A DNA stretch of 64,000 nt, taken from the IMG/VR virus record IMGVR_UViG_2645727545_000002, positions 72,329 to 136,328 of that record; one strand, given 5' to 3'. Position 1 is the first letter of the stretch, and each line of letters opens with the position of its first letter. The stretch is from a virus. Taxonomy: Duplodnaviria > Caudoviricetes. The translations under genes were made by a program, and so were the position numbers. Positions 47,370 through 59,883 of this stretch are shown piece after piece. The notes beneath the pieces are model-generated. The model was not told where the DNA came from. It did not search any database and saw only the letters and a program-made list of their open reading frames with translations.

Positions 47370-48953
47370 ATGGTTAATAAAACAGAAATATTTTCTAGTT
47401 CACCTATTTCTATTGCAAGTCATGACAATTATAAAGAGGCAGTTTTTTAATTAGCGTCTTAGACCAGCCAGACAGGATAAATCGTATTATACCTGTCGAA
47501 TCAGGTAAAAAATACCATAAAACAATAATTGGATATCCGCTTGTTGCAAAACTAAAAAAGGCAACTTCTGATTTTGGCGGTCATGAAATGAAAATAACAA
47601 AAAACAAAAAAAAGGAAAAAAGTTTTCTTTTGATACATTCCCTATTGGAAGCATTACAGATTCGTGGATTGAAGAACGTGAAGTTGATGGATATAACGGA
47701 AAACAAAAATGCATCCTGGCAAAAACCAAATTATGGACAAGTAGACTTCCCGAATATTTTAAAGTGTTCGATAAATTATGGATGATGGAGAATTGTCTTC
47801 TTCTTGGGAGATGACGGTAACTGACTCAGAAAAAGATGGTGACTACACAATTCTTAAAGTGTTTGAATTTATTGGAAATGCATGTTTGGGAAGACTTAAA
47901 ACTCCATGCGTTCCAGGCGCTGGTGTCATAGAATATGCTGAACTAGAAAAAGATATTGATACAGAATTAGCCGAGGCTTTAGAAAAGGACTTGGTTAATT
48001 TAGATATAGAAGAAAATGATGTAAAGGAGGATATAGGCTTGGCAGAAAATACAAAAAAGAAAATAGAAAACGAAGAGACAGAAGATACAAAAACTTCTGT
48101 CAAAGAGACAGATGATAAAGAAAAAAAGACAGAAGAAACTGCCTCTTGTGGATCAGATTCTACAAAGAAAAAGACAAAAGTTGCAGAAGAAACAAAAGAG
48201 ATCTCAGAAGAAAATGCTGAAGTAACAGAAATTGCATCTCTGACTCAATGGGATCTTGAAAGTAAAATCAGGAAAGCTTGTGACGAAAAAATTGGGAAAA
48301 GAGTTTATGGATATGTCGCATTTTGGTTCCCAGAAGATAATACTGTTTGGTATAAAACAGATGATAGCGAAAACCAACTTGATTACAAATTATTTACATA
48401 TGAAGTTTCTGGAGATGAAGTTTTTGTTTCTGAACCAGTAGACGTTAAGCTTACAGTTGCAGTAAAAGATGTAAATATGGAAATTGCAAGTAAAGATGAA
48501 GAGATTGGAAATCTAAAAGCTGAATTAGATATTAAAAATGATGCTGTGATCAACGCAGGTAAAACAATTAATACCTTAAAAACCAAAATTGCTGAATTGG
48601 AACCTTTTAAAGAAAAGGTAGAAAAGGCAGAACAAGAAAAAATTGAAGCAGAAATTGCTGAAGAAAAAGATGCTCTTAGATGCAAGATGTTAAAAGGTAA
48701 TTTGTTTACAGAATCTGAAATTGCCGAAACAGAAATTGCTGAATTAATTGAATCAAGAAATGTTTCAGAAATCAATAATTTAATTGCTGAAAGATATATT
48801 GAGCGCATTGATAATGCTGCAGCAGAAGTCGCAGAATTCGAGAAAGCATCAAATGAAGAGTCTGTCGCAACAGCAAGTTTAGAAACTGATGACATTGCAG
48901 ATGATTCTGTGTCATTTATGAGCAAATTTTTAAATGGTAGAAAACATAATTAA
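47370..48953 (+). CDS. Prohead protease / scaffold-like protein (multiple frameshifts)
   Basis: SSSWEM...FIGNACLG N-domain plus a long acidic coiled coil; lies between portal and capsid. Confidence 0.6.
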
Positions 48954-48967
48954 GGAGGATTGGCTAC

Positions 48968-49453
48968 ATGTTAAGAGATATTCGTAGAAATGGCGCACAG
49001 CCAAAAGACACAATGCACAAAGCAAAAGTTGCAATGGTAACTGGGATGGGTGTAGTAAAAGAAGATAGAAAAAATACAAAAAGAGGTAAAGTTGCCTACT
49101 GCTGAGACAACAACAAATATCTACCTTGTAACAAAAGAAAGAATTCCTACAGGAATTAATGCAGCAAGACAGGAAATGTCTGATTACGATGATGATTTTA
49201 CATCAGTAAAATCGGAGAGTTTGTTGGTCTGGAAGTCTATACAGATGGAGAAAAATTTGGAACAGACCAGTTTAAGGCTGCTGATTTTGGAGACGAAGCG
49301 GAACCAGGATTTGCAATGTCTGTTGGAGCAGATGGAAAATGGCAAAAAGCAACAAAAGGAACTTCAAGATATGTATTTGCAGGAACAATGAAAGATAACG
49401 GTCATAAACTTGTGCTCGTAGAAGTTGTTGCTGATGCAGTATCTGTTGCGTAA
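48968..49453 (+). CDS. Putative head decoration/cement protein (frameshifted)
   Basis: AGGAGG RBS; immediately upstream of the capsid gene. Confidence 0.5.
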
Positions 49454-49477
49454 ATAAAATAAGGAGGACTTGATAAG

Positions 49478-50470
49478 ATGGCTATTAGAACAGAAATCGC
49501 AGAACTCATGGATAAAGATGGTGTTCTGTTTGAAGTTGCTGAAAAGGTAAATTATAAAAGAGAGCTTAACTCTGAAGAAAAAGAAATTGCTGAAATTTCC
49601 GATGCATGGGCAAGAGAAATCGGTAAAACAGGAAAGGATCCTAATTGCGAAATCGCAGAGTTTGTAACTAGAACTGTACAGGAAGAAGTGTACAACGCAC
49701 CGGACGAACTTCTTGATCAGATTTTTGAAAGAGGTTCTGTTGGAGAGTTTGATGATTTAGAAGGAACAAAGGAGCCAAAAAATACACTTGTAGCACATGA
49801 AGCTGCAAAAGGCGGTAATGTAGATCGTTCTTACATTGATATTGAAACTGTAAAACCTACATGGAAAAATCGTCAGGTTGAAACTGATATCTCATATGTA
49901 GATTTAAGAAAAAATGGTTTTAAATCCATCGCAACCTTAACTACATTTATGAAAGAAGCTTGTCAGAATGCGTTATTTTACGATGCGCTTTCTATGGCGG
50001 ATAACGCGGTTACAGGAGGAGAAGCTCTTATTGAGGTTACAGGAGCAACACCTACTCTTGAGGCTATGGATAAATTATCTCTTTATCTGAATGATAGGGG
50101 TGATGATAATGTTATTGTTACTTTGAATAAATATGCTCAGGCAATTAGACGTATGCCTAATTTTGCTCAGTATTTGTCAGGAGCTATGAAAGACGATTTT
50201 AACAGATATGGTTTAGTAAAAACATATGATGGAATTGGCATTGCAGGTATTTCAGGAGCAAAGAAAACTGGAACTGGACAGCTGCTCCTGCCAGACAAGA
50301 GAATCTATGGTATCGCAGATAAAATCGGAACACTGGATATGAAAGGTGAAATTCACGTATATCAGGATATGAATAATCAAGGTGAAAAAGTTCATATTAT
50401 GTTGAAAGATTTTACATACGGCTTTATGCTCACACATATCGAAAACTTTGCAAAGGTTACTTTGAAATAA
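49478..50470 (+). CDS. Major capsid protein
   Basis: 330 aa, strong RBS, high-expression-like codon usage, position, followed by a terminator. Confidence 0.75.
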   Translation: MAIRTEIAELMDKDGVLFEVAEKVNYKRELNSEEKEIAEISDAWAREIGKTGKDPNCEIAEFVTRTVQEEVYNAPDELLDQIFERGSVGEFDDLEGTKEPKNTLVAHEAAKGGNVDRSYIDIETVKPTWKNRQVETDISYVDLRKNGFKSIATLTTFMKEACQNALFYDALSMADNAVTGGEALIEVTGATPTLEAMDKLSLYLNDRGDDNVIVTLNKYAQAIRRMPNFAQYLSGAMKDDFNRYGLVKTYDGIGIAGISGAKKTGTGQLLLPDKRIYGIADKIGTLDMKGEIHVYQDMNNQGEKVHIMLKDFTYGFMLTHIENFAKVTLK

Positions 50471-50547
50471 GGTAGTCTTTTTTTTATTTGTTTAAATTTC
50501 TATCGGAGGGATTCCTTCGATAGAAATTATGAAGAGGAGGAGATTTT

Positions 50548-53500
50548 ATTAGTAGTAAATTTGGAATCACAAAACATTTTCAGGTTTTAAATTATAATGA
50601 ACATTCTGTATGCATTACAATTGCGCCAGGTAAAACATGTGTAATTGAATCCGCAGTAGATGGATCACCAACTACTCTTCCGCTTACGTGGGATGAAATT
50701 GTATACGCAAATAACAGTAACGTATTTAAAAGCGGATCACTTGAATTCCAAGGAGATGTCGAAAATGATATCTATAACGAATTAGGAATTGTAAAAGAAA
50801 AATGTTTTAAAATATGAAGAAATAAAAGAAATTTTACTTCATCCAGACAAGGATGGACTGAAAAAAATTTTAAAAATAAAAACGTTATCAGATTTTGATA
50901 GAGTTCGTGAAATTTTTCAAAAATTAAAATTTGAAGGTTATTCAATTACTCTTGATGTAAATAATCTTGTAAAAAAAGAACAGAAGAATTGTTTATGGGG
51001 AAATCATCTTCTTCCATTTTTGTTGATGACCCAGAAAATAAATCTTCAGATTCTAAGAAGGTTAAAGACTTGGAAAAACAGCTTGAGGAAATGAAAGCAA
51101 TGATGGAATCTTTGCTTAAATCAAATGACACGGTAAAAACTGATTCTGTCGAAAATACTCAGGTTAAAAAAACAGGAAGACCGAAAAAGTCTGATTAGAT
51201 AACAGGGAGGTAATTTGGCATGAAGTCAAATTCTTATACTCCATTTAGTGAAATTTGTGATAGATTCTATGATCGATTAGAAAAGGATGATAAATTTTTT
51301 AATTATTATAACGTAGATGAATTAGAAGCAATTCAAATTGCACATGAAAGGTCTAAAAGATATCTTATTGAATCATTAGATGACTTAACATCTCTTGGAA
51401 ATATGCAAGTAGATTTTTCTGATTATGACACAGAAATTGAACGTATAAACTTCCAACTATTACCAAAAGAAATTAAAATCATTGTTGATATGATGTTTAT
51501 TAAATACATGGAAAGAGATTTAGCATTGTTACACGCTATGGAAATAAATTTTACACCATCTGATTTAACTGTGTTTTCTCCAGCAAATGAAAGAACAAGT
51601 TATCGCAATTTTATTGAAACACTAAAATTAAATTTGCAAGATGAATTGGCTAATTATCAAGACAGGGATAGAAAAACAGGCAAATTAAAAGCGGTACTTG
51701 ATTATTCTTTATATGACGAGTGAGGTGATAAAAATGAATTTGAATTATTTCAGAAAAATTCAGAATAGTTATCGTGTATCGTCAAAGAAAGAACAACAAC
51801 TTAATATAATCAACAAGGAATCTGAAAAGCATTGGAATAATATTGATTGCGAAGATGTTGTTATAAATGGTGAAAATAGAAAATTAATGGTGGTAAAAGA
51901 CACCGATAATAATGCCTCAAAAAAGAAAATTAAATCAATACATAGTGAGCCATTTAATCTTGGAGATTATATATACTGGAATAACCAAGTATGGATTGTA
52001 ACAGTATTAGATCCTAATGAAAAGGCGTGGCATTCTGGATATATGTATTTATGTACACTATTGCTAAATACAATAGATGAAAATGGAAGGCTTGTTCAAA
52101 AATGGTGCTATTCAGAAGATTTTACTAAGTATTCTTCTGGCGAAACAGGGAATACAAGTATCAAAGTCGGGGATTATCAATATGGATTGACATTGCCTGT
52201 TGATAATGACACCAAACGTTGGCGGCGCGACAAAAGATTTTGCATTGATTTTGATGATTCGATTGAGCCAGACACATATCGATTAACAAATAGAAAATTG
52301 TTTTTATCAGATAATTCATATTTTAATCGAGGTGGTCTTATTCAACTTACACTTTCTCTCTCATCATTTAACAAAGAAACAGATGCGCTTGTTGACTTTG
52401 ATGGAAAAAAGTATTGGATAGCGGATTATATTAAATCAGATATTTCTCAAGAAAAAAATAACACGTGCAAGATTTCTTATAAGGGCAAAAACCAAGTTGG
52501 TGTTGGCGATATTGAAAAGAAATTTTTGGGCGAGTTTTATTCTGGAAATGAAAAGATAGAGAACAAAGTTGGAAAATGGTATTTGAGCGATAACGTAAAA
52601 GATAAAGTGCATTTAAAAACAGAAAACAACACTGCGTTTATATGGATAGAAACAGAACAATTTGATCTAATTGGTGAAAAATTTAATTTATTTTTCGGTG
52701 ACGATTTAGTTACAACAAATATAGAGCTTGAAATAGTTTACTTATAATGAGGTGTCATTTTGTGGGATAAAAATATAAAAGATCTTGGGACAGTATTATC
52801 AAAAGTTATTTCAGCATTCAAGCATTCTGATGAAATCCGAGATGTACTGTTTGGCAGTCAAATTAATGAAAATGATTTTGATTTACAAAAGGCTTATGAG
52901 GATTGTATATGGGATTGTCTTTATATAAAAGGAATTCAAACAGAAGCAAAAACATATATTTGTGCAGATACAACAGTCTCACGAATAAATTCTAGCACAA
53001 AAAATGTTAAGCTTATTATACAGGTTTTTTGTGAAAAGTCGTTACTTAAGTATTCCAAAAAGGGATATGTTGGGAACAGACCTACTATCCTGGCAGAAAT
53101 AATTGAGGAAATATTAATTAAAGACGAAGAATTTTCGAGAAATTTTGGCATAGGAAAATTAGAATTGAATAATGTAAACATTTTTACAAATGGCGAAAAC
53201 CATTATGGTAAAACCTTGGAATTTACCATTACAACTTTTAGATAAGGATTTTAATTATGAAATTAGATTATTTTGATCTAATCTCCCCTCTCCCACTTGA
53301 TCTTGTTGGAATTGGAAGAATTAAATCTCCAAAGCTTATTGAGATTGCTGACATATCTTATTACGTCTATGCACAATATGTGTCATATCTAAGAATGACT
53401 CCAGATGATTATATTGATACTTTTAAAATAGAAGATTCAGATATTGAACTATATACGAAATTTGACATTATTCTGTATGATCCAAATTTTAGAAACATGA

Positions 53501-54036
53501 TTAAAAATGCTCTCAATTTTTTCTTTTATTGAAAATTTTGAATGGTTTGATGAATATCAATCTTTTTTATGTACAGAAGAAATTGTCATGGAAAACGGAG
53601 AATCTGAACTTCTAGCAAAAGGAATTATAAATTCAAAGAATTATTTTGATGTGTTGGATATCATTCTGCAACGGGTACACATTACTCCAGATAAAACAGA
53701 AGTGACTGACATTACAAAGATCAAAAATAAGCGCGGATTAAAAATATACAAGAGGATGCAACAGGTAAAACGTAAATTCAAAAAACATCTGGCGGAAATC
53801 CAGACTTATCTTTGCCTAATATCATATCATCCGTTGCTGTAAGAAGTTTATCTTTAAATTGGATAAATATATGGGATATTACAATTTATCAATTATTCAA
53901 TGAATTTGAAAGACTTCAAATAATTGATCAATATGACATTGCTTCTACACAAGTATCTGTATGGGGAGACAAAGAAAAGAAATTCAAGTTTGGTGCTTGG
54001 AGTTCAAATATATATAACGAAAACGACGCTGAATAA
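50548..54036 (+). CDS. Head-completion and neck/tail-completion genes (~50548-51198, 51220-51723, 51734-52747, 52760-53245, 53257-54036)
   Basis: Co-oriented, closely coupled ORFs between capsid and major tail; individual roles inferred from position only. Confidence 0.55.
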
Positions 54037-54089
54037 TTCAGTGTCTTTTTTATTGCAAAAAATTAAATTTTATACAGGAGGTAAAAAAT

Positions 54090-54857
54090 ATGGCAAATCA
54101 ATTTGGAAAACAGATGGCGAACCGTGAAGTTTGCGATATGGTCTTTGTAGATTATAAAACAAAAGAACCATTTCTTTTCTGTGATTACGCAAATACATCA
54201 AGTCAGGAACTAACGGGTGAAAACGTTTTCGCTTACGGTGGAAAAAATCATCCGAAGAAAATTACATTCTCTGGAGAACGTGCGGGTACTCTTACAATTG
54301 AAACACAGATTCAGACACCTAAGCTTTGGGAACTGATGACAGGTGGTAAAAGCTCTAAAACAGCAGAGATCATGAAGAGAGTTAAAACAAAAGTTGGAGA
54401 AAGCAACAAAATTAGCATTTCTGATGCTAAAGTTACTCTTTCAAAAGAAAATGTATGGGTTTATGACGGGGCAGATTCTAACCTTGAAACAAAACTTGAG
54501 GTAACTACAGTTTCTGGTCAAGACATTACATTAAAAGATCAAAAGAATGAAGGTGCAGAAGTTGTTGTATTCTATCTTGCCACAAGAAGTGATGTATACA
54601 ATCTAAGCATTAAATCTACTAGCTTCCCGAAAGCGTTTACTGTTTACGGTGATACATATATGAGAACAACAGATGAGGATGTACTTCCATATCTGTTTAA
54701 AGCATATAAAGTAGTTCCGCAGGCGAATATGTCTCTGTCCTTTGCAAGTTCAGGAGATCCTGGTACTGTAACACTTACTTGTGACATGATGGTTGATGAT
54801 GATGGAAACATGCTTGATCTGACTCTGTTACCAGATGAGGACGACCAGGGGGAATAG
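54090..54857 (+). CDS. Major tail (tube) protein
   Basis: AGGAGG RBS, beta-rich, MSLSFASSGDP..VTLTCD near the C-terminus. Confidence 0.7.
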   Translation: MANQFGKQMANREVCDMVFVDYKTKEPFLFCDYANTSSQELTGENVFAYGGKNHPKKITFSGERAGTLTIETQIQTPKLWELMTGGKSSKTAEIMKRVKTKVGESNKISISDAKVTLSKENVWVYDGADSNLETKLEVTTVSGQDITLKDQKNEGAEVVVFYLATRSDVYNLSIKSTSFPKAFTVYGDTYMRTTDEDVLPYLFKAYKVVPQANMSLSFASSGDPGTVTLTCDMMVDDDGNMLDLTLLPDEDDQGE

Positions 54858-54941
54858 CACCCCCTGAAGATCTCGCCTTGGTAGGCAGGGGGAAAATTGG
54901 AAAGGCAAAAATAGGAAAATCAGAATAAGGAGTGAGTAAAA

Positions 54942-55349
54942 ATGGCATATACACCAACGACATGGAGTGATGGAGATGTTATTACTGCTGAAAAGATGAA
55001 CAAGCTGGAGCAAGGTGTAAAAAATGAACAGGTTGGCGCACCTGGAGCAGCCGCAGGATTCGGAACACCAACTGCAACGGTTGACGCAAATACTGGAGTT
55101 CCATCTGTAACTGTAACAGCAAGTGGAGCAAACACAGCAAAGGTATTTAATTTTGCTTTCAAAAATTTAAAAGGAGCAAAAGGAGATCCTGGTGCGACAT
55201 ACACTCTTCCGGCTGCAAATAAAACAACATTTGGAGGAGTAAAACAGTCTACTTTGGTTCCTGAAGCTGCAGGAGAAAATGTTACAAAGGCTGAGTTCAA
55301 AGCTTTGCTGGACGCTTTGAAAGCAGCTGGTATTATGGCTACATCTTAA
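54942..55349 (+). CDS. Fibre/decoration protein with a short collagen-like stretch
   Basis: MAYTPTTWSDGDVITAEKMNKLEQG start, KGAKGDPG, FKALLDALKAAGIM end. Confidence 0.7.
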   Translation: MAYTPTTWSDGDVITAEKMNKLEQGVKNEQVGAPGAAAGFGTPTATVDANTGVPSVTVTASGANTAKVFNFAFKNLKGAKGDPGATYTLPAANKTTFGGVKQSTLVPEAAGENVTKAEFKALLDALKAAGIMATS

Positions 55350-55438
55350 AATAACGAGTGATAGATATTTAGTGTGAAGAAGGGGGGTAAATATCTATTA
55401 TCGGTATTTGCCCCATTTTTTTACTCTGCTCCGAATAA

Positions 55439-55630
55439 GTGAGGAGTGAACTCGAAATTAGAAAGTTAGATAACGAATACCGCACAGAATCTTCTCACGA
55501 AGTGTGTTATTTATCAGAATACGGAATTAAATATACATTCGTAAAAAAAGAAGATGGTGTGACGGTGTGGAAATACAAAAAGACAAAAGAACTTGGACTT
55601 GCTTTAGCTAAGTTCTGGGAACAGAGATAA
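55439..55630 (+). CDS. Small DUF5659-like protein
   Basis: YLSEYGIKYTFVK...VWKYKKTKEL; paralog of 32235. Confidence 0.6.
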   Translation: MRSELEIRKLDNEYRTESSHEVCYLSEYGIKYTFVKKEDGVTVWKYKKTKELGLALAKFWEQR

Positions 55631-55757
55631 AATAGGTTGTTCAAGATGATGAATATAAAGGTGGGTGTCATATTTTTGAGCGCAGTGTCATGCAGTACAT
55701 CGGCAATAGTATTAAAGGACTGCCACTACCCTATTTATTTAGAAAAGGGATGGTTAA

Positions 55758-56073
55758 ATGAAAAAATTAAAACTTAAAAGGAGTTACTGCTGAAGCGGTA
55801 ACTGGTATTGCATTACTTGTTCTTGCCCTTATTAATGCTGTTTTACAAATGTTTGGAATGAACGTTTTGCCAATTCAGAACGATGACATCAGTAACATTG
55901 TTTCTGTAATTTTCTTAATTGTAACGGCGGCATGGAATACATGGAAAAACAGAAACTTTACCAAAGCCTCACAGGAAGCACAGGCATTAACAGATATGAT
56001 TAAGAATGGCGAAATTTTAATTGATCAGATCGAAGACGTTATTCAAAAATTTAAAGACGACAATAAAGGATAA
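55758..56073 (+). CDS. SPP1-type holin (frameshift ~55780)
   Basis: LALINAVLQMFG..LPI...WNTWKNRNFTKASQ. Confidence 0.85.
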
Positions 56074-56081
56074 GCAGAAAT

Positions 56082-56768
56082 ATGGAATATATTGAAAATT
56101 TTTTCGAATTGGATTTTGTTTCTCTGGTTATTGGTTTGACCATTTCTGGTTTAGCACTTGTGTTTATGTATGAATTAGTTATTAAAGTTATGAAGATATT
56201 CGGAATTGAACTTACTCATATTAGGCAGAGGCGTGAAGAACATGAGTTATTGGTAAAAACAGTTGAAAATCTTGCTAAATTACAAGAAAAGCAGGATGTG
56301 GATAGAGCAAGGTCTGATAAACACGATGAAGAGATTCGTAAGGAAATTGCAACTATTACAACGGAATTAAAAGAGGCTTTAGTTGAGCAAAAACAGCAAA
56401 TGAATACATATACTGAAAACAGAGTAAAGGATCGTGAGAAATCTCGCGAAATAAGACAGGAACTTAATGAATCTATTGATAAATTAGCCGAAGGAGCCGT
56501 AGAAAGAAAAGAGCAGATTAAAGCTCTTATGTGTGGAACAATGGAATTACTTGGTGATAAAATTGATCAAAGATTCAGTAAGTATATTGCAATGAAAGGC
56601 ATTCCGGAAAATGAAGTCGCAGAGTTTGACGGACTGTGGAATGCTTATCATAATGAATTGAACGGGAATCATGGAAGAACACAAAAATATAAATATGTAA
56701 AAGAACATTTACCAGTTCTTCCAATTGAAATTAATCCAATCTATGAAGAAGATAATACAGGAAAATAA
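56082..56768 (+). CDS. Membrane-anchored coiled-coil protein (lysis module)
   Basis: N-terminal TM, coiled coil, C-terminal AYHNELNGNH. Confidence 0.6.
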   Translation: MEYIENFFELDFVSLVIGLTISGLALVFMYELVIKVMKIFGIELTHIRQRREEHELLVKTVENLAKLQEKQDVDRARSDKHDEEIRKEIATITTELKEALVEQKQQMNTYTENRVKDREKSREIRQELNESIDKLAEGAVERKEQIKALMCGTMELLGDKIDQRFSKYIAMKGIPENEVAEFDGLWNAYHNELNGNHGRTQKYKYVKEHLPVLPIEINPIYEEDNTGK

Positions 56769-56815
56769 TAAGTTGAGAAGTTGCTTTTGTGTGACTTCTC
56801 TTCTTATTTAAAGAG

Positions 56816-57265
56816 GTGATAAAAATAAATAGATCAAAATTTAATGTAGATAAAGATAAAAGTAAACGAACACATAATGGAATCGTATTTGATTCTGTAT
56901 TAGAAATGAAATACTATCGTGACGTTCTTTGCCCGGCAGTGGAGAGTGGTGATGTGGTTAGTTATGAATTACAAAAACCATATGAACTACAACCAAAGTT
57001 CCGTCATGATGAAAAATCAGTCCAGTCAATTAAATATGTAGCTGACTTTTTTATTGTTTATAAAGACGGACATGAAGAAGTTATTGACACGAAAGGATGT
57101 CCAGATTCAGTCGCATTATTAAAAAGAAAACTATTTTGGTATAAATTCCCAGAAGTTGATTATAAATGGGTTACTTGGGTGGAGAAATTTGGAGGCTGGA
57201 TTGAATATGAAGAATATAAACGACTCAAACGTGAAGAAAAGAAAAATAAAGTTTCTGATATCTAG
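56816..57265 (+). CDS. DUF1064 family PD-(D/E)XK endonuclease
   Basis: GIVFDSVLE...LQKPYELQP...YVADF...IDTKG. Confidence 0.85.
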   Translation: MIKINRSKFNVDKDKSKRTHNGIVFDSVLEMKYYRDVLCPAVESGDVVSYELQKPYELQPKFRHDEKSVQSIKYVADFFIVYKDGHEEVIDTKGCPDSVALLKRKLFWYKFPEVDYKWVTWVEKFGGWIEYEEYKRLKREEKKNKVSDI

Positions 57266-57740
57266 TTATTAATTTTGTCAAAATCTGCGTAACAAAATAT
57301 CTTTACTACTCTCCTATTCAGTGATATGCTTGTATTATATAATATAAGGAGGTACAAGTCATGGAAGAAAAAAGAAGAGGAAGACGTAAAAAAATTGTAG
57401 AAAAGAATTATGATGTTTTGATTCATCAGTGCAACCAAGAAATTTTAACCATTCAAAATAAAATGGACGAATTAAAAGTTCAGATGAAAGAGAAGAAAAT
57501 TGAAAATTAAAAAACTGGAAAAAGAAAAAGCTATCTATGACGAGATGAAAGCTGAACAAGAAAAATCTGAACGTATTCGTGAACTTGCAGAAATGATTGA
57601 TAAATCAGAATATTCTTTAGATGAAATTAAGGAATTATTAAATCCTAAAAACTAGAATTATAAATTAGATTTAAATCATAAAATGATAATTAATAGAGTC
57701 GGTCAACCGGCTCTTTTTTGATACAAAAGGAGTATGTTGC

Positions 57741-58091
57741 ATGGAAATAGAATTACGTGAAAAACCAAGAGGATTTTCTATTTATAAAAGAGTTCAATTT
57801 CAACGGGATATGTCAAAAGAACTTAATAAATATTTATTTAATATTGGCTTGTGCGTGTTTAATAATAAAGAAGAACCGGAAATAATTAATACTCATATTA
57901 TATGCACTAGAGAACAGGCGAACGATTATTTAAACTGTTTGATTGATAAATGTATTGATGAACTTGGATATAAAAGACATCATATTTTCGACTCATGGAT
58001 CAAGTCATTAACGAAGGTGGACGATTATGACATTATATTACAAAAAGAATTTCAACCTATTATAATCGACCACAGACAATCTAACGTTTGA
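57741..58091 (+). CDS. Hypothetical protein
   Basis: AGGAG RBS; followed by a copy of the junction repeat (58096-58111). Confidence 0.6.
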   Translation: MEIELREKPRGFSIYKRVQFQRDMSKELNKYLFNIGLCVFNNKEEPEIINTHIICTREQANDYLNCLIDKCIDELGYKRHHIFDSWIKSLTKVDDYDIILQKEFQPIIIDHRQSNV

Positions 58092-58221
58092 TATATAAAA
58101 TTTCGCTTTCATTTAGAAATGAGAAGAGAATAAGAGATATGGTGCTACTAAAATAGTAACACCATAATGGAAGTGAGTTGATGATGTGATAAGCATCGCC
58201 AACATTATTGTACCAATCTTA

Positions 58222-58413
58222 TCACTTGGTACTGTTCTCACTTGCAAATTCGCAATTAACTTCTACAAAACCTTCCTTAAAGTTAGTAATAGCATGAAGT
58301 GAAGTCGGATTGTTTTGCAGAACCATCCATACTATTCCAAGAACAGTCATGGACAAAAAGGTAAAGATGATTGCGAGTTTTGCAAGTCTGAACGAATTTT
58401 TGCTGTCTGTCAT
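58222..58413 (-). CDS. Small single-TM protein (type I toxin-like)
   Basis: 63 aa, LAIIFTFLSMTVLGIVWMVL; GGAGG RBS pairable with upstream CTCCC. Confidence 0.65.
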   Translation of the reverse strand: MTDSKNSFRLAKLAIIFTFLSMTVLGIVWMVLQNNPTSLHAITNFKEGFVEVNCEFASENSTK

Positions 58414-58676
58414 TTTTCACCTCCCTTCCGATTGTATAGTAATCAACTATCATGGGGAGATCAGAATGAGCAGATCGCTCAGAATTGTATAAACTTCTGA
58501 TGACTTTCACCTATCTTTCTGACTTATTATATAGTCGTGGTGATTGGTTTGTAGGTTCCTTGTATGTAGGAGCGTAACAGCCGTGGTTACGCACACGGCT
58601 TCCTGCATATAGATATTATACTACTTATAGAAAATAAAAACATCCAGAACATTTGTTTTAAAGGAGATAGATAATC

Positions 58677-59378
58677 ATGAAAAAAGAAAATATGAAAATT
58701 AAAGATATTATTACATTCGAAGATAAAGCAAACGCTATTGAATATATTTGCAACAGTTTATTTGATTTTGGAGAAAATGGTGAAATTACCGACTACTCCC
58801 CTTATTATATTGAACCAGCGCAGGTTTGTGCTATTATGAATTACTTTGTAGAGGGAATTGACTTTGAAGATGGAGAATCTGTTTACGATGTTGCAATTGC
58901 AGACAAAGAAGTTAATGATATTGTAAATCAGTTTTTCATCAAGAATACTACAACAGCAAAAAATCCAAAATTAACATATCCACAGGAGATTATGAAATTC
59001 GTCATGTCTCATGTTGTAGAAAAAGTTGAATATATGAAACAGAAAGCTATTCATGCTCCATCATATAGAAAAGATATGGTTGGAGAAGCTCTTGTTGATT
59101 TGATCAACGTATTGTCTTCAAAGGCAGAAGAATTAAATGTATCTGAGGCGAATAAATTTATCGAGAAGTATAACTCGCCAGACAAATCTATGGAAGATAT
59201 TGCGAAGCAGTTTATGAAAGAGGAATTTGAAAAACGTACTGCTGAACTCGAAAATGCAAATACACAACCAATTAATAAGCCGGATAATGAAGAAAAGGCT
59301 ACTAAAAATGAAAAGATGAGAGAGACGCTTAAACGCGCAATGGAAATTCATGAAACAGCCGAAAATCTTCCTTATTAG
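58677..59378 (+). CDS. Hypothetical tail-region protein (possible assembly chaperone)
   Basis: Position before the tape measure gene. Confidence 0.5.
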   Translation: MKKENMKIKDIITFEDKANAIEYICNSLFDFGENGEITDYSPYYIEPAQVCAIMNYFVEGIDFEDGESVYDVAIADKEVNDIVNQFFIKNTTTAKNPKLTYPQEIMKFVMSHVVEKVEYMKQKAIHAPSYRKDMVGEALVDLINVLSSKAEELNVSEANKFIEKYNSPDKSMEDIAKQFMKEEFEKRTAELENANTQPINKPDNEEKATKNEKMRETLKRAMEIHETAENLPY

Positions 59379-59389
59379 AAGGTAATGTT

Positions 59390-59794
59390 ATGGCTAAAAA
59401 AGTCGTGTCAAGTTTTTTAGAAGTAAAGAACTTAATTGAAAAAAATGTACGTTCTGGTATGAATGCCGCAAGGGATGAAGTTGAAATAAAATTAGAAGAT
59501 AATGTCCTTGGATATTATGATTTTGGAAACCCAATTAAATATGAAAGAACGGGAACATTATTAGAATCCCCTAATACTACTCCTGTTTCTGGTGGGGGAA
59601 ATCATTTTGAATTTAAAACAGAAATGCAAGACAATATTTCTTATCATACTGGAAAATTTTCTGGATCGGATGTTATTGAAGCAACGGAAACTGGAGCGTT
59701 TGGAAATACGTTGGGAAATCACAGATATTTTGAAGCAACAAGAAAGGCTGTTCCTGAAATTGTGGATAGGAATATGTCGAAGTATTTGAAGTGA
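59390..59794 (+). CDS. HK97 gp10-like tail completion protein
   Basis: YERTGTLLES motif. Confidence 0.55.
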   Translation: MAKKVVSSFLEVKNLIEKNVRSGMNAARDEVEIKLEDNVLGYYDFGNPIKYERTGTLLESPNTTPVSGGGNHFEFKTEMQDNISYHTGKFSGSDVIEATETGAFGNTLGNHRYFEATRKAVPEIVDRNMSKYLK

Positions 59795-59883
59795 AAATAA
59801 TTACCCAGGATGTTAGCCGCATCCTGGGGTTTAAAAAATAGATGATTAAATTTAGTACAAATTTCACAAATTGAAAATTATAA

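Noticed and set aside
58566-58606. Pistol or twister ribozyme
   Set aside because: Only superficial stem-loop similarity; conserved core nucleotides and P2/P3 arrangement not found
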